A DNA stretch of 64,000 bases, taken from the NCBI RefSeq assembly GCF_021869535.1, contig NW_026262593.1:47616001-47680000 (forward strand), read 5' to 3'. Shown here piece after piece: positions 44,821 through 58,564 of this stretch (its first letter is position 1; every line of letters starts with the position of its first letter). The position numbers and the translations under genes were made by a program. The DNA comes from Mytilus californianus (lineage: Eukaryota). The notes under the pieces are model-generated. The model was given only the letters and a program-made list of their open reading frames with translations, ran no database searches and was not told where the DNA came from.

Positions 44821-47800
44821 CTGTGAATAACAAAAAAAAATAACTGCAAATTCTCAAATTAAAGGGTAAATAAAAAGCAATACAATTAGTTCAACTACAA
44901 TTATGGACAAAGGAAGATACGATTATTTTAAATATTACTTTAACAACTGAACAAATGACTTTATTGATATATTTAGAACAAATTCTTGATTCAAGCAGTA
45001 TGTAAAATTAAGTTAAAGTACTGTTGATTCATTATTATTTGTTGAATACCAATTTTAGTGGAAACCATGAATTGAAATAGTCAGCGAATTGCAAATTTGC
45101 TTTATGAATATATGCAGACTTTTAGAAAACCACGAAATCATATATCCACGAACGTGCAAGTTTTCCTCAATCCACGAAAATTGGTACCCACGAAAAGAAA
45201 TGAATCTACAGTCATCTTCTTGACAAAGTATGGTTATACACATATGCACCATTTGGTAACTTGAATATCTTAGTATATATTTCAGTGATAAATTTCTCGA
45301 CATGTTGATGGATAGGATGTATAGAATGTTGTGCTTAATGCACTATATTTTTTTTTATCTCAAAAGTCATGAAAATTGATAACTATCAGCCTCATTAGGG
45401 GATTGATTGCATCAATGCAATCAATCTTCACCACAAAAACAACAAGTAAAACTCTGAGCTACTGCTCACTGATGATACCTCCACCGAAATATTTCGATAA
45501 ACAGGAAGTTGTTGAGTGATGAATCTGAAAACGCATCATACGGTACAGCTGACTTAAATAAACCCTGATACCAAATTTCAGAAATCCTTGTCATGTAGTT
45601 CCTGAGAAAAATATGACGAAAACTTTTCAACTTGGCTATCATGTGTAAAATAATACAAGTGTTTGGTAAACAGGAAGTTGTTGAGTGATGAATCTGATAA
45701 CGCATGTAACTTACTTATATAAACCCTGAAACCAAATTTCAGAAATCCTTGTCAAGTAGTTCCTGAGAAAAATGCGACGAAAATATTCATGGGACGGACG
45801 GATGGATTGATGGACTGACGGACTGACAGACAGAGGTAAAACAGTATAACACCCCTTTTTTAAAGTGGGGGTATAAAAACTCAAACTTATTGCTGAAATA
45901 TGAAAACTAGATATGCCATACATCAGATGAAAACAAATCCCTTTAAAAAACAAATTGACATCAAAATGTTGATTAATTTCATGTGTACATTTAGTTCCTG
46001 ATGCTGAAAAAATAAACTTTACTGCTTCAGCTTAAAATGAAGCCTGAGGTCTCATAACATCAACAACTGATATGGTCTCATAAATCAAAGCACAAGAGCG
46101 CGGCAAAGTTAATTGCCACCAAGTCAATGTCTCTGTAACTACTTGTTTTCATCCTTATGTAAAAGTATTACACCAGACAGGAGACTATATTAATGAAATT
46201 CAGAAAAGATTATTGACAATTTACTTTACCGTTCTTCAGAATCATAGAGAGAAGTGACTTCTCTTTTTGAACCTGATATGGAGAAGTGGTGATACATAAA
46301 ACAGAAGTACTTGTTCGCTTGTAGCACTATAATATTTTATGTTTCAATTTGTATCCTATTTATTTAATTCTTGTTTGTATTGTTTAAATTCACTTTTTGT
46401 ATAGTTCAAATTTTATTCCATGTCTGAGAATACCATTGTACATTCTCCTGGTATAAACCACCCATCAATGTAGACATAAAATCAAAACTTGTACCAAATA
46501 TCCAAGTATATATAAACACTCTGAATATACACGCCATAAAAGGCTATAATAAATACCAAAGACTTTGTAAAGTGGATAGTCGCACGACAACGTCGATGCT
46601 CTATATTTAATATGAAATAAACATTATTCATACATATATATATCTACACATATAATTCAAACATCAGTATCAAACAAAAAACTCTTCAAATATAAAGCTG
46701 AATAAACTTTAACCAGAAGTAAAATTAACCAAGAAAATTCGACTGTTCAGATTGACGGTGTCGTGCTGAATGATTACATAGGCAATAAAATACCGCGAAA
46801 ATAATTTTGAAGCGGGAAAACATAACGCCCTCTATGCTACATATGATGAAAACACCCAGGAGAAATTAATTTCATTCTAATGCACTGCCCGTTTAAACGA
46901 ATGAAATTACAATTTATCTCAGTTTATGTCATAAGTCATCATTTATAGTTCCACAAATATATTTTACCAGTTGACAGGAACTACCAACTAAATATCTAGC
47001 ACTGCATATCTAAAGTAACAAAATTTAATAGGAAAACAAATAATCATTAACCAATTAAAGTTAAATAAACTATTTTGTTTATAATTTTTTTTTTTTACAA
47101 AATTTATAAATTTAACAAATTTAAGCAACTTAAAGCAATAAATTGAAACAATACAATTGCATTAAAATCTATTCTTGTAACTAAGGGGATCAAACCAAAT
47201 GTCTATTAATTTTCACTGTATAAATGCATATTTTTCATTTTTGGGCTCATTATTCTGCAGCCATGCATTTGTCTAACTTTTCTTGTAAGAACATAGGTTT
47301 CAGTCATAGTAGGTTCGCCTCCAATGCGTGGTTCGTTTCAATCTTAAATGGCAGACGAGAGAAAGTTCACAAAAATAAACATCAGCCAGTTGGAAAGGAA
47401 TATGATGTTTAAATGTAATAAATGAATCAAGTGTTAACTCAAGACCATTACAATCATGGTTTTGACTTCCAATAACAGGGTAGGAAAAATTTACTTGTAC
47501 TTTGTAAGTAGTTTTAGAGAAGTATAAGGGAAGATTATATCAAAACCTTCAAGAGGAAATTTTAATATGACAAATTTACTTATACAGAAAATATAACATC
47601 TTCAAGTTTATAAAAAATACTTCTTTAAGTATTACTTCTGACTGTCTGTAAGCAAACTACCTTCTCTAAACTCCTTACACACACTGAATCAGTTAATATC
47701 ATATTATTTTTTAGTCCTTACCAGGTTTAAGTGATGGAACAATTCTTGAAGTAATATTATCTCCTGTGACAGCTGTAGAAGGACATGCTACAACAGGTAC

Positions 47801-50800
47801 ACCTTCCCCATCCAAACTCAAGGCAGCTCCTCTAATAAAGTCTACTTGACCGCCAAATCCTGTAGGTTACAAAATAATCAAAAACCATGTTAGTACCTCA
47901 AACAAAGTCTATCAAAAGTATTAAATTTCTATAAAATATAGTCCACAAAAAGATTTGTGACATGACTCAATACACAATTTCAACAGACTTTTGCGCCTTT
48001 ATACCGAAAAAAAGTCAATATCTGTACCAAAGAAGAAGTAGTGATTATGCAATATGTAGTGTTTACACTTGACCAGTAGTTCATTTTTCAAAATATTCTA
48101 GATAATTTATCTCTAAATAACAGAGTCAAAGAATATGCATACACACAGTTAAACTATCAGGCAATTTCAAAAGCTCTTTCCAACAGATTTTATATTTTAC
48201 TTTTCTAATGCCACATTGTTACACTATTATCCAAGAATGGGAAAGGGTTGAGCCCAGCTCCAAAACATGTTCAACCTCACCATATTCTTGGTTTAGTAGT
48301 CCAATGCCAGGAGCCAGTGATTCAACAACTGTCTGGTAGTTTTCTGCCATATGCATTATTGATTTTGCTTACTGTAAATTCAGAAATTATTGCGTGCATT
48401 TATTATTGCGATTTTGTCATTTTGGACTAAAATGCGGTTTTATTTTTTGCGATATTGAGAAAAATCCTGTTTAATTCATATAAAAAATTTCAAAATGCAA
48501 GTTTAAATTATTGCGATTATAACCTGTCAGACCAATTTCTAAACACCTTACCTACTCCCTCAATACAAAATGAGCAAATGAGCAAGTCAAACTATTTCTA
48601 AACACTTTACCAATGCAGTCAATACAAAATGAGCATATGAGCCAGTCAGACATATTTCTAGACACCCTTACCTGTAACATGGTATACTCAGCAAACACTG
48701 AGCAAGTCAAAAGAACTTCTGGACAGTTCATATTCATTTTATACTGTGATGATGGAAGTTTTTAACGACCTTGACTGGCTATACAGCCCTTGCACGGTCG
48801 GTTTTATACTGTCAATTGTTTTTGCCACTTATATAGGTTTTTATATCAACTGTTCTATGCTCTTTCTTAATTGATACCTTTTGATTAAGTTCCCCATATT
48901 TTGTTTGCTAAGTATTCTTAATAAGAGAACCAAGTCCTCAATACAGTAACAGTGAGAAAATCAATAAAAATTAAAAGAATACACTTTTATAAAAGTCAAT
49001 AAATATACTAGTGAATCCAATATCGTTAACTTTTATTTACAACATTCCCACTTGAGCATTACCCTGTAGAGGGAGACTGTTAAGTTGTACAGCAAATGAA
49101 TTCCTGCAAATCATTATGTCTCATTACCATAAAGTTCATAAAATGATGCAGAACTGATTTCCATGCAAAAGTCTGTCCTATTTCACAAGTATCACCTGAC
49201 TCATATTAGAAAATTTACCTGTATATATCATAGAACCAATGGAATCTGCACACACTTGACCAGTAAGGTCTATTTCCAGACATGTATTGATGGCTGTAAC
49301 TCTGGGATTCTGACAGATTAGTGATATATTGTTTGTAAAACTACAATCACACAGAGCTGGAACAGAAAAAAAATTTATCAGAACTAATTATCCAAATTTA
49401 TTTAGTTTGAAGATCTCTGGAAATTTGCATCATTTTTTTATATATTCCCATCATACATATCTATTTTCTTTGAAAATCTGTATTCTTTTCTTCTCTTTTG
49501 CTCATGGGTATATTTCAGAGAGGCAGGATTAACTTTCATCATGGTATGATTTACAGTACAAAAAGACAGCTTGCAGTACAAATAAAAATTGTTTTCCTCT
49601 ACATTCATTGCAATAATTGTTAATGATTTTTTTCATTTTTTTCATAAAAAAAACCATGCAAATGAGTTTTAAAAAATCACATCAGTTTTTCTAGTTTCTT
49701 TTTCAAAGAACCAGGGACCCTTTTGAAAATACTGTAAACATAAAAATGGCAGACAATGAGAAAATATTTCTTAGCATTATATCGTGGTGTAATCTATGTA
49801 TAAAATCTTTCTTGGAATATTGCAATACCTTCTAAAAATATTTCTATTAATTGTACACCTCTACTTTATATAGAATTCATATTATTGCCAACCCAATGAT
49901 ACATTTCCACAGATTCACCTGCAAGTTACCTGTCGATTTAAACTTTTGTAAGTTCTTTTGTCCCATCTAATAAATACAATAGCTATTGCTCTCTGTGTAG
50001 TTTATTTGATGGGACCTTTAAATTTCTTCCAAGAGAAATCTATCACTCACTGATTAATTTACCTGAACAAAAAATTGAACTGTCAATAATGAAAATACAT
50101 GTACAAATACTAAATAAGGACTCAAAAAACTGCATGTGGTGTTGTATTTATTCAATATCAATAATTCTTTTTTAATAGTTTCAATATAAACAATTGATTC
50201 AAAAATTAAAGGTTGATTTCTGAACAAATTTTTTATATTTTCCCTATTAAAATTTGCTTTTTTTTGTGTGTTTGACAAATAAAAACTTGAAAATTATTGT
50301 GTTTAAATTAAGGTCTTGATCAATGTTTTCTATAACTGAACAACAACAAAAACATGCAAATTCATTGGAACAATACTAAAAATTTGTCAGAAATAAACTT
50401 TTTATAATTAAATCAGTGTTTATATTGAACAGATTGAAAATATATTATTGATATTGATTAAATACAATATTGCATGCAGTTTATGCGAGTTTATACAACT
50501 ATTTCCCCCCAAAAAGAAGATAATTTTTTGGTCAGGTAAATTAATCAATGAGTGATAGATTTCTCCTAGAAGAAATTTAAAGGTCCCAGTGAAAAAACTA
50601 CACCGAGAACAATAGCTATTGTATTTATTCAATAGGACAAGAGAATAGACAAAAGGTCAAGAGCAGACGACTCTGTGGAAAACTTTCATTTGGTTCGCAA
50701 TAGTTTATAATCTCTTCCAAATATCACATCTGTTATACAAGTATACATCATAAATGTATGCATATTCAAACAACCCAATCACAATTTTGCAAAAAAGTCC

Positions 50801-53800
50801 AGTTTCTGAAACTTTATATCATTAGTTTTACCACAGAAAAACTTACCTACAAAAGAATTATCATCTAGGAAATCATATAATCTTTTTGTTCCTAGTGCAA
50901 AAGCACTGACAATTTTTCCTGTTTGTATAGTTTTCTGAGCGTTGGTTATTGCACCTTTCTCCACCAGATCAATTACGCCATCACTAAACATTTCCGTATG
51001 TATACCTAAATTTTTGTGATGACTTAATTTATCAAATACAGCATTTGGTAGGGATCCAATACCTGAAATAAAAAAACACATTTATAAACACTTAACTATC
51101 AGGTCTTTTTGAATTATGTTTCATTTTTTAGGTTGCTGCCTAAATTTAATTTTTAGCCCACAACATCTTTTATTCATTGTTTAATGAAGTCCTTAAATTT
51201 TACTTTGATTTGTTTACTCAGTCTGGAGTGTTCAATGAATAGTGTGAAATATTGTCTAAACCAATGATACAAAAAGCATTTGTCTACTTTTTCAGGACAT
51301 CCATTCAGCATTGGAAAAATGGCCTAGAGTTGAAATCACTAATTGAACCTTATCTACTAGTATATCTAAAGAATTGAATGTTTTTTTGTTTTTTTTTTTT
51401 TTATTTATAAGAAATGAAAGCAATCTTGTGAAGGAAGCAGGAGACAGACAGATGGTATAAAATTCTTTTAATTGGCGAATGAGTTGATAAGCTTTATTAC
51501 ATACCTTCAGGAAATGAAAAGAAAACGTGGGGTCAACACAGTTGTTTTCTTGTACTAAACAAAGTTGACAATTTTTTTTCAAATTATTTGAGTTATCTCC
51601 CCTGGTAAAAAATAAATAGTTTTTCCATATTTATGGCAAAAATAAGAGAAGTAATATTTAAATGTCTTCACCTAAGATCAGCTCTTGGTTAAAAAATGAC
51701 ATTTCTATATCAAAATTTCGAATTTCAGCAAAAATCTATACTGATTCATATTTGTAATACAAGATGGATGATTATAACTGTTACTGTTATAATTCATCAC
51801 CCTAAAGCAGCTAACTTAATAATGGCATTAACCATGTAAAAATACCTGTCTGGATAGTTGCACCATCTTGAACTAGATCATCAGCAATTAATCTGGCTAT
51901 TTCATGAATTTCTGGTGTAAGTTTCATCCCTGTAAACTCTGGTAAAAGTTCATCATTTTTTACCATAACATCAACATGTGAGCTGTGGATTATACCATCA
52001 CCAAATGTTCTTGGCATATTCTCATTTACCAATCCTGTTATGAAACAGACGTAAGAATGACACAAATTGTCAAATAGCATCAGTTATTGGTATGATGTTT
52101 GGCCAGGGTTTTATAATTTGCTGGTTTAGGGATTTTTTATATGAAAAAGTGTAGTCGGTCAGTTGGGAAAAAAAAAGAAAAAAAATATCTTTAATACAAG
52201 ACATAACATGTATAAAATAAATATATCAAAGCTTACTAGCAATATTTTTGGTATGCTTTTTTGTAATAAGTTCTTAGATTTTAGTTCCAAATATTATTGC
52301 TCAGCTGTTTTAAACATACAATGCATGCATCCTCATTCAATTTTGTAAAAAGGGGGTTAAGTTATGTCCATGGACAAACAGGAAAATAAATGGTCATTTC
52401 CCTAACGAGAAAAAAAAGCTACAATTGCATTTTAATAACTTTCAGGAAACATTGTGAATAATGAGCTTCAAGCACGAAAATACATGAAACAAAAATTGCA
52501 AACATGTCGCACGAAAATAACACTTTCCCATCCATGTCAAAAATGAAGTAGACTCGTCCACCAGAAAGACAATGATATCGGTTTCGTCCATGGTCAGGCA
52601 ATCCAGTTTTGATATCCAAATGGACAAACATTTATTTCAATCTATGAAAAAAGAAAATTCCAAGTTGTTTGTGGATATCTTTCATTTTTAACTTGACATC
52701 TTTCACTTTTGGAAGAGTCCATTTCATCCATGAGATGAAAAATCTTCTGCAATTGCAAAAACCAAACTCATTGTAACGGGATTTTAACATAGGTTTTGTT
52801 CTGCAAAATTATTTGCGCAAACATCTTTTCTAGGTCATTTATGACTGTCTATTTTTAGAAACAGAAACTACGGATTATTTTTAGATTGTAATTTTTTTAG
52901 AACACAATGTGTAACCATTTCTGTCAATGTTTAACATGCTAAAATAATGCATTTAGTTTTATGAAAATGCTGCTTAGCAAATATTTTTAATTATATTTCA
53001 GGGATAATGTATTTGTAAGGGTCGACGGGAATAAAAAAGCATGAACTATCAATTTAATTTTTTTTCTGAAAATTGGAAAAATAGGGTAAACAAATTAAAA
53101 AAAAACCTGGCCTTACAGGAATATTTATGCAGACATAATTTGTTGAAAATGACTTAAAAGCTACAAAAATGTTACAGGAAATATTTATCCTGCCATAATT
53201 TCTTGAAAATGACTTTAAAAATTACTAAAATTTACCAAGTTAAAATTCTAGATATTATAGGCAAACATTATCTGAAGTAAAGATTATTTCATCTAATCTT
53301 ATAAACTTAGCTCATCAACTTTTAATTAACAACACTATCAATGTATTTATTGTTTACTGTATTCACATGTGCAGTTATTCAATCCTGATTAGTGCAGAAA
53401 ACTGGTTATGAGAATGGCCCAGATGATGTGAAGCAGAGAATAGACTTGGATCCTACATTTGTGTCCTGGGTTATGTTCAATATTGAAATCTTCCTTTAAC
53501 ATTACAAAATCAGACCATTGCATTAATATTGTATTCAAAATATACCACTAAAATATTATCCAGTATGATCATATCTTTTTTTTTGGTTTCAAGGGTCAAT
53601 ACAAAGTTCTAATGCTGCATTTTGGGGTCGACATAATTTTTAAGATCTGTTTGCACATAAAAAAAATTCACTTGTGTTTTCAAATGTGGTGTGCAATTTG
53701 ACATTTGTACTACATGAATACAAATCTGTTTGAAAACCCTGTTAGGCCTAAATTAATATATTGTTTGTTTCCCCAATCCCGACCCTGCCAAGCCAGGTGT

Positions 53801-56096
53801 GGGTAGGTAGGTAGGGAAATAATATTATTTTTCCAAAAAGCTTGAACATTATCGGACGATCTGGCAAGCCTGAAAATCCAAATGATTAAAATAATATTTG
53901 ACTTAGTTTTGACAATAAAATTTTACAAGTAGCACCATTTTTGCAGGGTCGGTCAGGATTGGGGAAACAAACAATATTTTATTTTAGGCCTTATTGTTCA
54001 ATGAGATCAGAACTTTTCAACAATGTTCACTTACCTATAATGTATTTAGCATTCTGAACAGCAGATCTGGTGCAGTCAACATTTGTTCCTAGGGAACAGA
54101 AACCATGTTTATCAGGTGGGCTAAGGGAAATTAAGGCAACATCAAGATTAAATAGCCCTCGACGGAATAACAATGGAATCTCGCTCAAAAATATCGGAAC
54201 AAAATCCCCTCTTCCTTCATGTACTGCTTGTCGAACTTTTGGATCGGAAATGTAAAATGAATTGGTCCTGAATATTCCTGAAAAGGACAATATTTTTAAT
54301 GAGTACACTGATTACAATGAAACACCGGGATTCTCCAGTCACATAAAACCGATCATTTCACATGTGACAAATATGCTGTTATTTCACTTCTCTGACTTCA
54401 TACAACATTAGGTGTCAATAGAAATGAGAAGATGTGGTATGATTGCCAATGAGACAACTCTCCATCCAAGTCACAATGTGTTAAAAGTAAACAATTATAG
54501 GTCAAAGTAGGGCCTTCAACACCAAACCTTGGCTCACACAGAACAGCAAGCTATAAAGGGCTCCAAAATGACTGGTGTAAAACAATTCAAACAGGAAAAA
54601 CAACGGTCTAATCTATGTAAAAAAACGAGAAGCGAGAAACACTTAAGAACCACATCAACAAATGACAACCACTGAAACAGGTTCCTGACTTAGGATAGGT
54701 TCAACCAAATGCATCAGACCTTAACAATCATGATGCATTAAAACAAAGAATGGATGCATAGAAAAAGATTTAATTCATTGAATATTCTAATTTACTAACA
54801 TTAAAAGTAAATAAAGAACTGCAGAACCAACACCTCCTTAATTTTGTGCTGGTAGAGTTCACTTAATTGGATACCAGATGGTATGCAGGGTTGCCACGTA
54901 AAAAAAATTAAATACCGCTAAATTGACAGCAACACTTGATTAAACTGCAACTTTTATTGGTCGACATGTTTCGCAGATTAGATCAGTGTCTTCAGGACAA
55001 AGTATACAAAATTAGAATCCCTGAAGTACAGAAAAATGGTATCAGGTATATGACGTCATAATCATGTATTGTCTGTTGTTGACATTACTATAGGATACTA
55101 TATGTCATTATGTAATGTTGAACAGAAAATGAATGAAATATAATACAATGAAAATAAAATTATTAAAATTCCGAGTTAATCTATAATTATTGTTATAACA
55201 TTCTTTATCTTGAAAAAAAATTTTGTAAACTATTCTTATGGTAAATGTATAAATAAAATGTGTTGTAAAATAAATCAATATGTAATATGAATGTAAGTAT
55301 ATTATAATGTCAGTGCATATAAATCTTGATTTATTGGCGGTCCTATTGTCATGATTGTAGGTATGCTATCCTCTGTTTGTTTTTCATACATTTTGATTTG
55401 ATAGTTTTAAGGCAGTAATTGATGGTAGCAGTTGATTGTTGGCTTCATGTTATTCTTCATTCTTGCTCGGTGTAGAATTGGCCATGGGGTCGGTGCTATA
55501 GGGTATCGGTGGATCTGGGGATGCAGGGGTTCAGAATATAAAAAAAAGTCAATATCTTCATGCATGACGAAAAAAAATGTGGAAAATTGATTATTTGAGT
55601 GAATTTTCTAAGTCCAAGGAACATAACTCTGCACAAAATCATCAGTCTGGAAAAAATTCGAACTTGATCTGTAACTTGTCATGATAAAACTATATACTAA
55701 TTATCATTTCAATATCTTCAAGCATGACAAAAAAAAATTGAGGAAAACTGATTATTTGAGTGAATTTTCTAAGTCCAAGGACCATAACTCTGCACAAAAT
55801 CATTAGACCCAAACAAAATTCAAACTTAATCTGTAACTTGTCATGATAAAACTATATACCAATCATCAAATCAATATCTTCAAGCATGACAAAAAAAAGT
55901 GCAGAAAAATGATTATTTGAGTGAATTTTCTAAGTTCAAGGACCAGAACTCTGCACAAAATCGTCAGACCCGAACAAAATTCAAACTTGATCTGTAACTT
56001 GTCATGAAAAAACAATACACCAAATATCAAATCAATATTTTCAAGCATGACGAAAAAAAGTGTGGAAAACTGATTTGACGGACTGACTGACTGACT

Positions 56097-56162
<66 letters not shown>

Positions 56163-58051
56163 AGGAGTGTAAACCTAAAGTCCCCTTGGACTTAGTCAGT
56201 ATGGGACTAATAAATAAAGAACTGCAGAACCAACACGATTTTTAGTTAAACCAACATTGCCACAAAATTTTATGACAGTGAACTACTTTAAAATAGAAAT
56301 AATCCTATAAAATTAACCATATCAAATGTAAAACCTAGAATTTTTAAGAGTATGGACAACATTTTTATGAATTTAAATAAACTGTTAACATAGAGACATG
56401 TCTGACCTATTTGTTATTATGATAATGCAAATGTTGAAATTAACATAGCAATACTCTAACATGTAAGTTATGCAAATATTCAAAGTCAATGAACCATGAC
56501 TGAAGGTACAGGACTAAACAATCTCCATGGAAATGAGATGTGCCAATGCTTATACAACTGCATACCAAATACCATTGTCTTTTCGTAAGTCATTCCCTTT
56601 AAACAAACCTCAACACAAACATTAACTTGTAAACTTTGTAAAAGTTTCAAAGTCAATGAACCATAATGAGGAAGTGGTGTTATATAATCTCCATGGAAAT
56701 GAAACTTTGCATACCAAATATCATTGACTTAACATTAGTGGTTCATCTTAAAGTGACCTAATCACAAACTAATACATGTAAACTAAGCAAAAGTTTCAGT
56801 CAATAAACTGTGACTGAGTGGTAAGGACCATTTATTCTCCATGGAAAGGAGATCTGCTAATGCTTATCCAACTGCATACCAATTATCATTGACCTACCAC
56901 TAGTGGTTCCCCTTAAACTGACCTAATCACAAACAAATACATGAACACTAAGCAAAAGTTTCAAATTCAATAGACCCTGACTGAGGGGGCAGGGCCAAAT
57001 AATCTCCATGGAAATGAGATATGCCAAAACTTATACAACTGCATACCAAATACCATTGACCTACCACTAGTGGTTCCCCCATAAACTGACCTTATCAAAA
57101 ACTAATACATGTAAATTAAGCAAAGTTTCAAAGTCAATAGACCATGACTGAGGGGGCCGGGCCAAATAATCTCCATGGTGATGAGATGTGCCAATGTTAA
57201 TACAATTGCATACCAAATACCATTGACCTATCACAAGTGGTTCACCATAAACTAGACCTAATCAAAAACTAAAACATTGACCCCGCGGACACCATTTTAC
57301 TACGGAAACAGCATACCTATGTCTCGTTGTTTGACTCCGTCAAGGCGAAACAAAAAACAGAAGCAAAGGAGCTAATAAAAACAAAGAAAAAACATAGAGT
57401 CCTGCTTCAACATGTTCAAGAACACCTGAAAAATCAGTATGATCAAATACATCGTTTTTTGTTTTTGCAAAATATCTATGGAATAGACATTTCAAAATTG
57501 AAATCTTTTCTTTAAAAGATTATTATAAAATTACATTTATAGCCTCAAAAGCCACTTCTAACAAGTTGACATTCTTTACGCGTTTGTCCCAAGTCATACA
57601 CCTGTAGTTCATTGGTTGTCGTTGGTTCATGTCTGTCATATTTGTTTTTCATAAATTGTTTTGTTATAAATTAGATTATTAGTTTTCTAAAATGAATTGT
57701 TTCACATTTTTCATGTCAGGGCCTTTTATATCTGACTATATGGTATGGGTTTTTCTCATTGTTGAAGGCTGTACGTTTGCCTATAATTGCTTACATCCAC
57801 TTCATTTGAACTTTGGTAGATTATAGTTGCCTCATTGTCAATCATACCATCTACTTATTTTAATTTCAAACACAAAAACAAAGTACCCAGCTTATTACCT
57901 TCATATTTTTTGTCACTGAATACACAATCTAACTGTGTTGGTGCATGTATCACCTCTATATCTCGAAGTCTGTCTTTCATTCCAAAATCTGCTAAACTTT
58001 GTATCAGTTTCAATGGTGAAGCAGCACCTCCTTGTACATAAACTCTCTGTT
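44636..58051 (-). CDS. Family I CoA-transferase (acetyl-CoA hydrolase / 4-hydroxybutyrate or acetate:succinate CoA-transferase type): complement(join(44636..44820,47722..47859,49219..49356,50847..51062,51846..52034,54035..54277,57899..58051)); 5' exon(s) missing
   Basis: Seven GT-AG exons give ~420 aa in frame with family motifs RVYVQGGAASP, DFVPIFLSEIP, DGATIQTGIG, LGIHTEMF (catalytic Glu), INTCLEIDLTGQV, GFGGQVDFIRGA and GAGVVTTRAHVHYIVTEYG. Confidence 0.93.
45021..45211. mobile_element. TA-flanked MITE (CTGT...ACAG termini)
   Basis: Imperfect ~35-bp TIRs; same family as 58357-58564, with partial relatives at ~30419-30600 and ~48369-48530. Confidence 0.7.
45441..45876 (+). mobile_element. 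HINE/pearl-like element
   Basis: AACAAG start, two internal repeats (AAACAGGAAGTTGTTGAGTGATGAATCTGA...), GACG/GACA microsatellite and a terminal CCCC...GGGG hairpin. Confidence 0.75.
47722..47859 (-). CDS. CoA-transferase exon (GxGGQxDFxRGA motif)
   Basis: 138 nt, phase 1-1; encodes GFGGQVDFIRGAALSLDGEGVPVVACPSTAVTGDNITSRIVPSLKP. Not in the supplied ORF track. Confidence 0.92.
49219..49356 (-). CDS. CoA-transferase exon
   Basis: 138 nt, phase 1-1; encodes ALCDCSFTNNISLICQNPRVTAINTCLEIDLTGQVCADSIGSMIYT. Confidence 0.92.
50847..51062 (-). CDS. CoA-transferase exon (catalytic Glu, HTEM)
   Basis: 216 nt, phase 1-1; encodes GIGSLPNAV...LGIHTEMFSDG...LYDFLDDNSFV. Confidence 0.93.
51846..52034 (-). 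CDS. CoA-transferase exon
   Basis: 189 nt, phase 1-1; encodes GLVNENMPRTFGDG...LVQDGATIQT. Confidence 0.92.
53745..53990. mobile_element. PIF/Harbinger-type MITE (GGCC termini)
   Basis: Imperfect ~45-bp TIRs, with TTA duplicated at 53742-53744 and 53991-53993. Confidence 0.8.
54035..54277 (-). CDS. CoA-transferase exon
   Basis: 243 nt, phase 1-1; encodes GIFRTNSFYISDPKVRQAVHEGRGDFVPIFLSEIP...AKYII. Confidence 0.93.
54425..54713 (-). repeat. Dispersed repeat family A
   Basis: Reverse complement of the 3' ~290 bp of 3630-4240. Confidence 0.8.
55540..56210 (+). mobile_element. HINE-like element: ~3.2 x 161-bp repeats, (GACT)4(GACA)16 and terminal hairpin
   Basis: AATAT(C/T)TT anchors at 55551, 55711, 55873 and 56034; microsatellite at 56077-56160; AGTCCC...GGGACT stem at ~56179-56208. 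Confidence 0.75.
56390..57355 (+). mobile_element. HINE-like element with ~5 x 167-bp repeats
   Basis: (A/T)TCTCCATGG anchors at 56521, 56687, 56835, 57002 and 57169; 3' end CCTATGTCTCG...CGAAACA. Confidence 0.7.
57578..57860 (+). repeat. Dispersed repeat, family A-related subfamily
   Basis: Shares GTTGGTTCATGTCTG, TTTTCTCATTGTTGAAGGC and a CTCATTG.CAATCATACCA end with 17918-18160. Confidence 0.7.
57899..58051 (-). CDS. CoA-transferase most 5' visible exon
   Basis: 153 nt, phase 1-1; encodes QRVYVQGGAASPLKLIQSLADFGMKDRLRDIEVIHAPTQLDCVFSDKKYE. Confidence 0.88.
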
Positions 58052-58356
58052 CTAAAAAAAAAAAAATCAAAATATTGTTAATCAATATAAGAAATTATTA
58101 CAATTTTTTTTTTAATGCGAAAAATGTGACAGTATCAGATTTGCAATAATAATTTGCATTCATAACTTCAGTAGTCATGGTAGTGATTTACCTTCATAAA
58201 ATTTTTGCGAACTACATTAAGTAGATTTCACATTTTTGCCATGGTCAAGATTCCCAATAATATACGCTCACATGAATTTCTAAATTGACAGTAACAAATT
58301 TTGCTTATTTTTCTTATAAGTACAAAGATGCTTTTAAAATATAATCAATTCTACTA

Positions 58357-58564
58357 CTGTGGATACATTTATTTTCGTGGATACCAATTTTCTTGGCTTG
58401 AGGAAAATTTGCATTTTCGTGGATATTTAATTTTGTGATTTTGGCACAGTCTGTATACATAACTTTAGAAAAATTGTAATTCGTTGAACATTTAAATTTG
58501 TGGTTCTCCTGTATCAAAGAAATCCACGAAAATTGGTATCTAACAAATATTAATGAATCTACAG
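58357..58564. mobile_element. TA-flanked MITE (CTGT...ACAG termini)
   Basis: Imperfect ~36-bp TIRs, with TA at 58355-58356 and 58565-58566. Confidence 0.78.
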
